Assembly (NCBI RefSeq): GCF_006345805.1
Contig: NC_042999.1
Location: 6,634,001 to 6,698,000, forward strand
Reading direction: 5' to 3'
From: Octopus sinensis
Lineage: Eukaryota
DNA: 64,000 nt
Every line of letters starts with the position of its first letter. Positions within the stretch are counted from its first letter, which is position 1. Shown piece by piece: positions 13,612 to 26,849 of the stretch. The notes under the pieces were generated by a model. The model saw only the letters and a list, made by a program, of their open reading frames with translations. It ran no database searches and was not told the origin of the DNA. Both the position numbers and the translations under genes were made by a program.

Positions 13612-14020
13612 TTGCTTGTTTCAGTCATTTGGCTGCGGTCATGCTGGGGCACCACCTTGAAGTATTTTAGTTGAATGAATCACACCCAAGTACTTATTTT
13701 TTTTTAAAGCCTGGTACTTAATCTATCGGTTCTTTTGTCGAACCGCTAAGTTATGGGGACGTAAACACACCAACGCCAGTTACCAAGCGGTGGTAGGGGA
13801 CAAACTCGTACACACATACACACGCACACATATATACATACACGCGCGCGCACACACACGCTGGTTTCTTTCAGTTTCCGTCTACGAAATCCACTCACAA
13901 GGCTTTGGTCAACCCGAGGCTATAGTAGAAGGCATTTGCCCAAGGTGTTGCACAGTCGGGGAGAACCCGGAACCATGTGGTTGGAAAAGAAGCTTCTTAC
14001 CACACAGCTACGCCTCTGCC
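13612..14020 (-). mobile_element. SINE family A, diverged
   Basis: Homology throughout. Confidence 0.82.
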
Positions 14021-14859
14021 TATAATAAACATTTCAACGTAATTTTTACTTCCCTGCACTGAAAACCCCTTGAATTCTTTCCTTTTCTCTACAAACTTCA
14101 ACCTGAAGAGGTTGAATGGTTCCTACGAGTCAAGAAGACGCCACTACAACTCAAAGAACAGTTTTATAATTCTTCGATTAAATAACGAAAAAAACCCCCA
14201 AAACAAAACAAAACAAAGCAAAATTGCAAATAATCCCCCCTCTACCAATATTCTCCTTCGATCTCTTCTTTCAATTATCAACGAGCTTATATGAAATCAA
14301 AATTAGGTGTTAACCTGTACGAGTTGCTGATAAACGATATTATTCAAGACAGATTATTGTCTGTCCAGACGATTTGTCTTTGTTTAGAACATAAAGAGAC
14401 GAAAACAAAAGTTTTGATATTTCCAAAGTTTGTGAGAAACGAAATCAAAACCAAGAAACAAAGAAAAACGAAAAAAACCATTTATAAATTATGAGAAGAA
14501 GAAAGATTAATAAGGACCAATCAGATTATAAAGTCGCTACTTGTAAAAATTGATATCAGCAACTTTTCTTGTCTTCGTTGCAATTTGACGTAAAATTTCA
14601 TTCTCAAGTAGATATTCTTATCAGTAAATTTTCCTAATGTTTTATTATTTCAAACACATTTATCATTTAGTTGCATTGAAATTTTGAAGTTGTAATTTTA
14701 GAAAAACAAGTCGACAAAAATCAAGAAAAAAATGGTTGCCAACAAAACAGAAAACTTGCTGATTACATCATTTCATGTTGAGGCGTGATTATATCTGGGA
14801 AATAATATAGGAAATCTCGGAAGAGCTTCCAGGGAAGTCGATGTTGAAATGTAGATTTG

Positions 14860-15255
<396 letters not shown>

Positions 15256-16131
15256 TTTTGATTGTTAAAAATTTATCTAACTCGAATTTCACGCCCCACT
15301 CATTACACGAATATGCTAAGTATTTCTGCGCATGTCATACCAGGTTTCGTGCTGTTTAATATCAACATTTCAGTTTGAATTTTCTGATTAGCATTAATTT
15401 CATACGAAACACTAAGTAAATTTACTTTTTTTAGGCGTTATGTATTGTGGTGAAACTTTCGTCTCTTTCGTATTCTTGCACGCGCAAGTAACGCGATTAC
15501 ATAGTGAGAAATTCACATACACACACATATATACCCACATACACATTTGCTTTGTCGCAGTAAACCTTCAGTCCTGAGAATTTTCTAATCAAATTATGTC
15601 TCCTTGAGATCCATTCATCTCTCATATTTTTAATCAGAAGCTTCTTGTTTCTGTCAAACTGTGTATCGTCAGTTGAAGACGCTCTCTCCCACATACACTT
15701 AAGTTTCCTCCCGTATCTGAGTTTGTTACCATCGCCATTAACAATCCATTTGCCGCCATATCTAACAGCACACTCCTTAAACACGATATCATGCTTCACA
15801 TGTTAAAACTTCTATTCCTCTCCTCTCAGGCCACAATGATTTCAGAGATCTCGAAAACAAGCATTAATGGGGGTCATCACAACCTAGTGCCTTTCAGTTT
15901 TGAAGTCACAATGACTACACACAAGAAAGAAAACATTCTTATACCCCACCCATGAACAAAAGACAAATTATAGCTAATGAAAACGTTATAGATTATATAA
16001 CCTGATCTCTGATGATCTCGTATCGTAACACATCACATTTATACAACATTGATTTCTCTTTAAATCCAGCTGCTGGCGTAAAAAGGACTGATATTGGATG
16101 ACCACCTCCTAATATGGAAAGGTGATGTTCT

Positions 16132-16888
16132 TACATAGCAGTTCAATATATAGATCTTGGACCTTGATCTTAATACTCAGAGTACAGCTTCTCAAGATGT
16201 TATACAATTTTGAGAAAGCAGATTTTGCCAACGCTATTCGTTTTTTAATCTCCTTCACGCATCTTGCGTCTTCTGTGATCAAACTTCCAAGGTAGTTGAA
16301 GGATGTGATTTGATTGTTCACTTTCTGCATGCGGTTCGGGATTTTCTTCTTTGTCACCACCGTACACCTTGTCTTCTTGTAATTTATAACAAGATCCTTC
16401 CTCTCACTTTCTCTGACCACTGCATCCAGGAGGCTCTGAAGTCCCCTTTCCGATTCTGTTGTTAATGTTTGGAAGTGAGAAGGTGCTTGAGAAGTGAAAT
16501 GTGGCCCTTAAGGAGAATATTGAGGATAATATGGACAGACAAAGTGTCTAATGAAGAAGTGATGCCCCGGGCTGTGATACATAGGAAACTGCTTCATGAG
16601 ATAAGGGCCAAGCAACTGAGATTTTTTTGGTCATGTGATGAAGAAAGAGGGCCCAAGGAGAATTTAGTGATGATCGGAAAGATTGAATGGAAAAGAAGCA
16701 GAGGAAAGAGAATGATGATATGGATGTCAAGATTGATGAAATGGTTGGAAGAAGAGGCATCAAAACATCAGGAAGATCAGGAAGAAGCAGAACTGTTACA
16801 GAATGCAGAGAACAGAGAATCGTGGAAGGACAGGATCGCCCATGTCCTACATTCTTGATATGGCACCCAAAGAAAGAAGAAAGAAGAA
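16132..16888. mobile_element. RTE-clade LINE 3' fragment with 5' inversion
   Basis: Minus 16132-16465: LQSLLDAVVRESERKDLVINYKKT..FNYLGSLITEDARCVKEIKKRIALAKSAF. Plus 16468-16888: EMW..RRILRI.WTDKVSNEEV..QLRFF..GKIE.KRSRG, followed by a (AAGA/GAA)n tail. Confidence 0.85.
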
Positions 16889-17726
16889 TGGTTCTACAAA
16901 TAGAATAATGACAATTGAATTCCAGCAGAAGGTCGTCTGACTGATTCGTAAATACCAGCCACCAAGCCATTTCAGCCAATTGTTCATGGACTTTCTATTT
17001 CCTCTATTTGCTCATTATTTCTTAACGCCAGCTACAATCTCCATTGCTCCGAAAGCAACCGGCCACTTGTAGATTTCCCCCACTCAGGATTGCAACCCAC
17101 CTCAATACTCACTATTTTTTCGGTGTAAGGGAGATGATAAAAAATGTTGGGAATGATTAGGTTTTGTTAATTTAACATGATTTAATTTTCATAGAATAAA
17201 ATGTTAGAAATAGTTAAGTTTTGGTTTATATTTTTCAATGAGGTAAGTTTCCTTATATAAATATTTTTTTTAAGAATCCACCGCGCAAGCACAGTTTTTT
17301 GTCGGCAGCAAAATATGCCGGCAATTTCTTCGAACGAATTATCCGAAAAAAATTAAAATGTATAAGCAAGAGGCACTTGCTGCATTGGCTTCGTGCTTAT
17401 ATATTTAATCTTGGCGTACCTGCTGACGAAGACTTCGCCTGGCAAATTATTTTATTTGCTAAAAAAAGTCAGAAATCGGTCCAGGAAATAGATGGTAAAT
17501 GTTTTTATTTTTCACTCTCTTCGAGAATTTATCCCTAATTAGTGGTTTGAACTTTAGCTGTTCCTTCTAGCGTAAGGGAGTCCTTTGATGGAAACCTCTA
17601 AATGTGTTTAAACGTACACTGTATTTTATATGAATAATATATAGTCTATTGACTAATTTTTCTATACGCTAGGCTACTGGTAGTAAAAATTTCTAAAATC
17701 TTTATTACCTGATATGTATATATATA

Positions 17727-17776
<50 letters not shown>

Positions 17777-18026
17777 AAAGAAGACGCTCATCCCTTATCA
17801 TCAATCGACCGAAAATCATCACAATTTCGGCGCCTTCTCAATAAAATTGCTCATTTTGGTGACGTCAACAACCAAACGCCGCTGGGATATATGTGAGCGG
17901 ATATGGAGGACCAAATGAAATAATTACAAAAAGATGGCGTCTGTAAACCGAAAGGTAAAATGTATTACAAAAGCGTAAGAACAAGGACTGTAACGGAAAC
18001 ATGAATACTTAATAAACAACACAGGA

Positions 18027-18295
<269 letters not shown>

Positions 18296-19040
18296 TGTCC
18301 CCGTGCTTCGATATGTTTTAGTGTATATAAATAAACAACTCACATCTGACAGTGATTCTCTAGCCAAAAAAGACTAATAAAAAAACATAAATGAATAAAA
18401 GTGTCTAAAAATACTACGCAAAATGTATAAAAATATAAATAGGTTTCTTTTCAATTCCGCTAAACCGATGATGTTAATAGTTTTGGAAAGCTTCATATTA
18501 TTTATGTTATAGCAGTAGTTTTCTTAAAGAATACCAAAATGGATGTTTTGGAACTGTTCACAGATATAATTCTTTCTCTTAAGAAGCAGAACAATGTTCA
18601 GAAATCTGCCAACTCTGAATAAACTCAATTCCAATATTGATCTCCTCACCTCATGATCTTCTCAGCTGATATAATCCCTTTTCTCTTTTTAATTCTTCCT
18701 TTCTTCACCATTTTTCCGCCCCCTCTTTCTGACAGGTTTAGCTTAGTTTTCTCAATTGAAACGAAGCATCAAATTAAGTTTATATATATTTTTCGTCCTG
18801 TCTTCCTATGGTTTCTCTTTCAGTTTGGCGCACAGGCAGAGATAAGGGGATTTTCTTATTAGAATACATCACGATGAGATTAGATCTCATAATGGTAGTC
18901 AGAATTCACTACAAGAGAAACTCAACAGTTTTACTCAACCCTTGCTCAGACGAGGGACGCTAAACCCCATTGTATGGACCCATTTCTCCTTGTACGGATC
19001 CAGCTAACAAAAATTATTCTTATTTATTCTAATTTGCATA

Positions 19041-19343
19041 TCTTTATATATAAAAGTGAAGTTGTGTGAGTGTCTGTCTCCTACGATTTAGATTCCTAAC
19101 TATTCCCACATTTTGCGGTGCAGTTTAACCAAAAGCGGGTATCTTATAGTCGTGATTCATATCGAGCCCTTCTGGGTATTAGCGCGCGTCTACGATGAGT
19201 CTACGATTTAAAAAATAATTTACCATAATTTTTTCTCATTTTTAATGCATTTTTTTGCTATTATATAAGGGAAGTAACTCTCTAAAAATGCTTATATAGG
19301 TATTTCCCTTACAAACCCGAGCAACGCCGGGCGATACTGCTAG
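19041..19343 (+). mobile_element. Non-autonomous Helitron, copy 1
   Basis: 5' TC (a|TCTTTATATATAAAAG), 3' hairpin cccgagcaacgccggg followed by CTAG|t; inserted in an AT dinucleotide with no TSD. Confidence 0.85.
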
Positions 19344-19523
19344 TTGAATATAATTATCGATGCCAGGCATGGCAGTGTGCTTAAAAGCTTGCATTGCCAG
19401 CACTTGATTCCGAATTGGAAGGACCCAGGACCAGATTTAGTTCAAGGGAACTGGTTAAAGAAATTCAGTAGTTTACATGGGAGGCTGAGGGAACAACTTC
19501 AGGATCGTCTTAATGGAGGAATA

Positions 19524-19916
19524 TGGGATGGAAGCACTCCGTCGGTTACGACGACGAGGGTTCAGGTTGATCCGAATCAACGGAACAGCCTGCTCGTGAA
19601 ATTAACGTGTAAGTGGCTGAGCACTCCACAGACACGTGCACCCTTTACGTAGTTCTCGGGGATATTCAACGTGACACAGAGCGTGACAAGGCCGGCCCTT
19701 TGAAATACAGGTACAACAGAAAGAGGAAGTAAGAGTGAGAGAAAGTTGTGGTGAAAGAATACAGCAGGGATCACCACCATCCCCTGCCGGAGCCTCGTGG
19801 AGCTTTTAGGTGTTTTCGCTCAATAAACACTCACAACGCCCGGCCTGGGAATCGAAACCGCGATCCTATGACCGCGAGTCCGCTGCTCTAACCACTGGGC
19901 CATTGCGCCTCCACAT
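19524..19916 (-). mobile_element. SINE family C
   Basis: 11-bp TSD atggaggaata (19513-19523, 19917-19927). Confidence 0.9.
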
Positions 19917-20270
19917 ATGGAGGAATAATACCAGTTGAATTATGATGGCGGGTGTAGGGACATCAGGTGTGCTGTTGGCGAAATTCAGGAAGAACGATCG
20001 TTTTCAAGGATGCAGTGCCCCGACAGATAACGACTGATGCAGGCAGTTTGTACCATGCTTCAGCAATTCTGAGCGTGAAAAAAATGTCTTCGAATGTCAT
20101 GGGTGTTGTGTTGTGTTTTGGTTTTGTAAACATGTCCACGAGTGTTGGATAGATGGAATTCAAAAAGGAGCCCAAGGTTGTTGCTGGATTTGATAATCTT
20201 TACTAAATTCCGCCAGAAAGTCTGTCTAACATTTTCAGCAAGGATGGTCATGTAATTATATATTCTAAGA

Positions 20271-20701
20271 AGGCGGCGAGCTGGCAGAAATACTTAGCAC
20301 GTCGGGCGAAATATTTAGCGACATTTCGTCTGTCGTTACATTCTGAGTTCAAATACCGCTGAGGTCGACTTTGCCTTTCATCCTTTCGGGGTCGATAAAT
20401 AAAGTACCAGTTACGCACTGGGATCGATATAATCGACTTAATTCCCTTGTCTGTTCTTGTTTGTCCCCTCTATGTTTAGCCCCTTGTGGGCAATAAAGAA
20501 ATAAGAAACGTTAGCACGCCGGGCGAAATACTTAGCGATATTTCGTCTGTCGTTACGTTCTGAGTTCAAATTCCGCTGAGGTCGACTTTGCCTTTCATCC
20601 ATTCGGGGTCGATGAATTAAGTACCAGTTGCGTACTGGGGTCGATGTAATCGACTGGCCCCCTCCCCCAAAATTTCGGGCCTTGTGCCTAGAGTAGAAAA
20701 C
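20271..20701 (+). mobile_element. SINE family B heterodimer (tail type 1 then tail type 2)
   Basis: 17-bp TSD aattatatattctaaga at 20254-20270 and 20702-20718. Confidence 0.9.
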
Positions 20702-21317
20702 AATTATATATTCTAAGACAGAAAAAGTTCTTTATCTTGTTTCAGACAATCAGGAATTTTTTTTAGACAAATTTCACCAATATTACAGATTCATGTTAGC
20801 ATTGTTTCAATTAGAAAATTAAAAAAAATGAAAACCAATTTAATTGAAGGTTGTAATGATGGTATTCATTTGTATTATATTTGACCCAGGCCAACTTTTA
20901 ACACACAACCTAAAGCCTCATGTTTTTCAAGGTTTCCTGACGAGCTGTAGAATAATTCTAATTTATTTCACGTGATTATTAGCGGAGAGGTAAAAGAAAA
21001 AATCAACAACAAAAACAAAAAAAAAAAACAACAACAGAAACGACACAAAAACAGACAATTAAAACTGACGTCAGTGATTGTAATGAAGCACAATGATGAA
21101 TGCAAAGCACAAAACAAGCAAAGCAACAATTGTGATGTTGATTCTGGATATTAATAATCAGAACTGGTTAGATTTTAACAATCGAATCACGTTGAATATT
21201 TGAAAAATGGAGAATGTTTAAGTTTTTCTTGACAATGGGTTCGCGACCAGCCTTACACCTCCATCATAACGATCTGTTAATTGTAAACGACTGGTCCTCT
21301 TTAATGAAGAGACGTTG

Positions 21318-21345
21318 TATAAATACAAATACGAATACAAATACA

Positions 21346-21441
<96 letters not shown>

Positions 21442-21448
21442 AATAATA

Positions 21449-21488
<40 letters not shown>

Positions 21489-21556
21489 TGATGATGATGA
21501 TGATGATGATGATAATAATAATAGTAATAATAATAATAATAATAATGATGATGATG

Positions 21557-21609
<53 letters not shown>

Positions 21610-21640
21610 GTGGTGGTGATGATGATAATAATAATAATAA

Positions 21641-21674
<34 letters not shown>

Positions 21675-21747
21675 GGTGGTGGTGGTGATGATGATGATAA
21701 TAATAATAATGATGATGATGATAATGATGATGATGATGATGATGATA

Positions 21748-21800
<53 letters not shown>

Positions 21801-21852
21801 AATGATGGTGGTGGTGGTGGTGATGATGATAATAATAATAATAATAATAATA

Positions 21853-21893
<41 letters not shown>

Positions 21894-21896
21894 AAT
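21318..21896. repeat. Mosaic trinucleotide array (AAT/GAT/GGT)
   Basis: Direct. Confidence 0.95.
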
Positions 21897-22075
21897 TCAT
21901 TGCACATTGTTGGTTCTGTAAATGTATTCGTTAGAACAGTGAAACTAAATTATAGTTTTAGTTTTATAAACTTTTAATATAATACCATCGTGTTTGGCAA
22001 TTACTATTTTTAGTCTATTGGAACCAAACAACCAAACAACCAACCGACCGACGGGACTACTTACCCTTTGCTTCT

Positions 22076-22847
22076 ATGTATGTATGTATGTATGTTGTAT
22101 GTATGTATGTATGTATGTATGTATGTATGTGTGTATGTATGTATGAATGTATGTATGTATGTATGCATGTATGCATGTATGTATGCATGTATACATGTAT
22201 GTATGTATGCATGTATGTATGTATGCATGTATGCAGGTATGTATGTATGAATGAATGTATGTATGTGTGTGTGTGTGTCTATGTATGTGTGTATGTATGT
22301 ATGGATGGATGGATGTGTGTATGTATGTATGTATGTATGTATGTATGTATGTATGAATGTATGTATCTGTGAATGTATGTATGTATGTGTGTGTGTATGT
22401 ATGTATGTATGTATGTATGTATGTATGGATGTATGTATGAATGTATGTTTGTGTGTATGTATGTATGTATGAATGTATGTATGTGTGTGTGTATGTATGT
22501 GTGTATGTATGTATGTATGTATGGATGGATGGATGTATGTATGAATGTATGTATGTATGCATGTATGTATGTATGTATGTATGTGTGTATGTGTGTATGT
22601 ATGTGTGTATGTATGTATGGATGTATGTATGTATGAGTGTATGTATGCATGTGCGTACGTATGTATGTATATATGTATGTGTGTGTGTGTATGTGTGTAT
22701 GTATGTATGTATGTATGTATGTATGTATGTTGTGTGTGTATGTATGTATGTATGTATGTATGTATGAATGTATGTATGTATGTATGTATGTATGTATGTA
22801 TGTATGTATGTATGTATATGTGTGTGTGTGTATGTATGTATGTATGC
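22076..22847. repeat. (TATG)n array with variants
   Basis: Direct. Confidence 0.95.
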
Positions 22848-23260
22848 GTGGAGGCGCAATGGCCCAGTGGTTAGGGCAGCGGACACGCGGTCATAGGATC
22901 GCGGTTTCGATTCCCAGACCGGGCGTTGTGAGTGTTTATTGAGCAAAAACACCTAAAAAGCTCCATGAGGCTCCGGCAGGGGATGGTGGTGATCCCTGCT
23001 GTACTCTTTCACCACAACTTTCTCTCACTCTTACTTCCTCTTTCTGTTGTACCTGTATTTCAAAGGGCCGGCCTTGTCACTCTCTGTGTCACGCTGAATA
23101 TCCCCGAGAACTACGTTAAGGGTACACGTGTCTGTGGAGTGCTCAGTCACTTACACGTTAATTTCACGAGCAGGCTGTTCCGTTGATTCGGATCAACCGG
23201 AACCCTCGTCATCGTAACCGACGGAGTGCTTCCAATGTATGTATTATGTATGTGTGTGTG

Positions 23261-23294
<34 letters not shown>

Positions 23295-24035
23295 TGTATG
23301 TATGTATGTATGTATGTATGTATGTATGTATGTATGTATCTACGTATGAATGTATGTATGTATGTATGTATGTATGTATGTATGTATGTATGTATGTATG
23401 TATGTACATACGTATGTATGTATGTATGTATGTATGTATGTGTGTGTCTATGTATGTGTGTATGAATGTATGTATGTATGTATGTATGTATGTATGTGTG
23501 TTGTGTATGTATGTATGTATGTATGTATGTATGTATGTGTGTGTGTATGTGTGTATGTATGTATGTATGTATGTATGATGTATGTATGTATGTATGTATG
23601 TATGTATGTATGATGTATGTATGTATGTGTGTGTATGTATGTATGTATGCGTGGAGGCGCAATGGCCCAGTGGTTAGGGCAGCGGACACGCGGTCATAGG
23701 ATCGCGGTTTCGATTCCCAGACCGGGCGTTGTGAGTGTTTATTGAGCAAAAACACCTAAAAAGCTCCATGAGGCTCCGGCAGGGGATGGTGGTGATCCTG
23801 CTGTACTCTTTCACCACAACTTTCTCTCACTCTTACTTCCTCTTTCTGTTGTACCTGTATTTCAAAGGCCGGCCTTGTCACTCTCTGTGTCACGCTGAAT
23901 ATCCCCGAGAACTACGTTAAGGGTACACGTGTCTGTGGAGTGCTCAGTCACTTACACGTTAATTTCACGAGCAGGCTGTTCCGTTGATTCGGATCAACCG
24001 GAACCCTCGTCATCGTAACCGACGGAGTGCTTCCA
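22848..24035 (+). mobile_element. Two tandem SINE-C copies (22848-23234, 23651-24035) embedded in (TATG)n
   Basis: Near-identical copies with the same flanking microsatellite starts. Confidence 0.9.
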
Positions 24036-24429
24036 ATGTATGTATTATGTATGTATGTATGTGTATGTATGTGTATGTATGTATGTATGTATGTATGTAT
24101 GTATGTATGTATGTATGTATGTATGTATGTGTATGTATGTATGTATCTACGTATGAATGTATGTATGTATGTATGTATGTTGTATGTATGTATGTATGTA
24201 TGTATGTACATACGTATGTATGTATGTATGTATGTATGTATGTATGTTGTGTGTATGTATGTGTGTATGAATGTATGTATGTATGTATGTATGTATGTAT
24301 GTGTGTGTGTGTATGTATGTATGTATGTATGGTGTGTATGTATGTATGTATGTATGTATGAATGTTTGTATGTATGTGTGTGTGTATGTATGTGTGTATG
24401 TATGTATGTGTGTATGGATGGATGTGTGT

Positions 24430-24635
24430 ATGTCCTCATCTTGCTTGTTGTTACCATAATATTTCGGCTGATGTTCTCTCCAGCCTTCATCAGGTGTTCT
24501 GCTGGAATTTCCAACCCAACCCTCTATTTGACTATTGGGGTACTCTGTTCTCATTCCTAATGTATTTTTTGCGCATAGCGTAGTGGTTAAGAGCGCAGGC
24601 TACTAATCCCAAAATTCAGGGTTCGATCCAAGATA
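24430..24635. mobile_element. Second, truncated copy of the hammerhead + tRNA-head composite
   Basis: Collinear with 26880-27085 and shares the same junction (tatttttt-gcg-ata-cgtagtggttaag). Hammerhead core on the minus strand at 24450-24500. Confidence 0.65.
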
Positions 24636-24644
24636 GGTATAAAT

Positions 24645-25180
24645 ACAAAAATTCCAGACACACAGATCCTGAGGACAGCTGATATCTTGAGTATTGAGGC
24701 GATGGTGCACAAGCACCGGTTGCGTTGGACTGGACACCTTATTAGAATGAAGGATCGAAGGATTCCTAAGCAGATGCTCCATGGAGAACTTGTGAATGGA
24801 AGGAGACTCCGGTAGAAACCAAGGCTGCGATTTAAGGACTGTGTCAAGTCCTTGTTAAAGGCCTGTGATATGCAAGACACTGACTGGAAGAACAATGCCT
24901 GTCATCGCCACAGATGGAGGAAGCAGGTTAAGGTGGGGATCGACACTTTTGAGAGAGCACGTATCCAGCATGAAGAACTTAAGCAAGCTGTGCGAAAGCG
25001 CACGGCACGTATAGTGAATGGGGAAAGCTTGGTCTGCAATGTTTGCAGTCGTGTATGCTTGTCAAGAGCAGGGCTCATTAGCCACCAACGGAGCCGCAAA
25101 TGCAAAATATTAGTCCTAGATCGCACAATGTTCCTGAAGGTCGGCAATGGTCTTCCTCGGTCACGAGTGGACGGCCATGT
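24645..25180 (+). mobile_element. RTE/BovB-like LINE 3' end with C-terminal C2H2-like motif and (ATGT)n tail
   Basis: [75 protein letters not shown], with an in-frame stop near 24813. Confidence 0.88.
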
Positions 25181-25392
25181 ATGTATGTATGTATGTATGT
25201 ATGTATGTATGTATGTATGTATGTATGTATGTATGTATGTATGTATGTATGTATGTATGTATGTATGTGTGTGTGTATGTATGTATTTATGTAAGTATGT
25301 ATGTATGTGCGCACGTATGTATGTATTTTATGTATGTTTGTACGTACGTTTGTATATATGTATGTATGTATGTATGTACGTATGCATGTATG

Positions 25393-25462
<70 letters not shown>

Positions 25463-25624
25463 TATATATAAGAAAGTTGGTTTGTGAAAGCACGTGGTTG
25501 AATATATAGAAAATAGTAAAAAGTGAAAAAACTACAGAAGGCTTAAAGGTTAAAAAATATATATATTTGCGTCAATATGTCTGAAGAATATTAAAAAATT
25601 TTTTCTTACAATGACATAATTTAG

Positions 25625-25663
25625 AAGAAAGACCGTTTTCGCGTTTAGCTTTTCAAATTTCTT
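25625..25663 (-). ncRNA. Mirror copy of the U3:A8 hammerhead-like motif (stem III palindrome mutated to AACGGT)
   Basis: Reverse complement reads aagaaatTTGAAAAgctaaacgcGAAAACGGTCtttctt. Confidence 0.45.
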
Positions 25664-26254
25664 GCGACGTTATGTTTATCTTGAACAGAGTTATCTTTAT
25701 GTTTATGTTTAAAAGAGTTCTAAATAAGGGGAGGTAATGCGTGATTTCTTCCGGTGTAAGGGAGATAATCGCATAAAAATTAAAAAAAAATTTTTTTCCT
25801 TTCCCTTGGTGTGAATTTCTCTGTATCAGTATGTTGGCATGGTTAAGTCTGGGCTTGTACTTTTCAATGAAGAATGTTTCCTTGTTTAGTCTAATTTGTG
25901 TTGATGATCCGATAGCACATTGGTAAAATGGAAAGATTAAAAATTGTGGTAGTAGTTGCTTTGCGCATTTCTCAAATCTTACAATTTTTAATCTTTCCAT
26001 TTTACCAATGTGCTATCGGATCATCAACACAAATTAGACTAAACAAGGAAACATTCTTCATTGAAAAGTACAAGCCCAGACTTAACCATGCCAACATACT
26101 GATACAGAGAAATTCACACCAAGGGAAAGGAAAAAAAAATTTTAAGCGATTATCTCCTTTACACCGGAAAAAATCACTCATTACCTCCCCTTATTTAGAA
26201 CTCTTTTAAACATAAACATAAAGATAACTCTGTTCAAGATAAACATAACGTCGC

Positions 26255-26293
26255 AAGAAATTTGAAAAGCTAAACGCGAAACCGGTCTTTCTT
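26255..26293 (+). ncRNA. Minimal hammerhead-like motif, U3:A8 variant
   Basis: aagaaa t TTGAAAA gc-taaac-gc GAAA CCGG TC tttctt. Stem I aagaaa/tttctt has a bulged T, and stem II is only 2 bp. Confidence 0.6.
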
Positions 26294-26402
26294 CTAAATT
26301 ATGTCATTATAAGAAAAAAATGTTTAATATTCTTCAGACATATTGACGCATATATATATATTTTTTAACCTTTAAGCCTTCTGTAGTTTTTTCACTTTTT
26401 AC

Positions 26403-26469
<67 letters not shown>

Positions 26470-26849
26470 CGTGTGTATGTTTATATGCATGTATGAATGT
26501 ATGTATGCTCAGAGTATGTCATTAGACTGCATCCAATGGTGAGGCCCCATTTCGGCAGTTCTGGAAGTGTGGGGAAAGTGGAGTCACTCCTTAACTACCA
26601 TTCCTCTAAGGTCTGTTCTCATTCGGAACGGAGCGGCGTGTCAAGGTCCTGTCTATGGGTTAAGTTGAATTTCCAGGGGTACCGAACTCTCCCGTTAATT
26701 TTGACATTCCCTTGGGAAAAGCAACGCTTTTAGGAGAAAGCTGCAGTCAAAATAGCTCCAATCATCTGGCAATGGCTGTCCCTGAAATCTCCTATGGTGG
26801 CCGAATCAGTGGCAAAAGTGTTGTACAAGCTTTTGCCACTTAAATTTAA

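Larger units (their letters stand above)
25471..26408. mobile_element. Fold-back remnant of a second PLE family (GIY-YIG C-terminus + 3' UTR on both arms), between (TA)n tracts
   Basis: Arms 25510-25947 and 25981-26408 are near-perfect reverse complements around a 33-bp spacer. The peptide PQFLIFPFYQ..RLNKETFFIEKYKPRLN is homologous to PNFRIFPLYQ..RISKENLFITKYRPLLN of the 43-45 kb PLE. Confidence 0.88.

Noticed and set aside
17275-17590. Possible MITE with GC-rich ends
   Set aside because: Terminal inverted match too weak and no TSD.
21214-21921. 235-aa ORF with poly-N/D/M/V runs, plus similar long ORFs at 8.9-10.4, 14.8-15.3, 22-24.5 and 57.4-59.5 kb
   Set aside because: Stop-free only because they are microsatellites; no splice or codon evidence.
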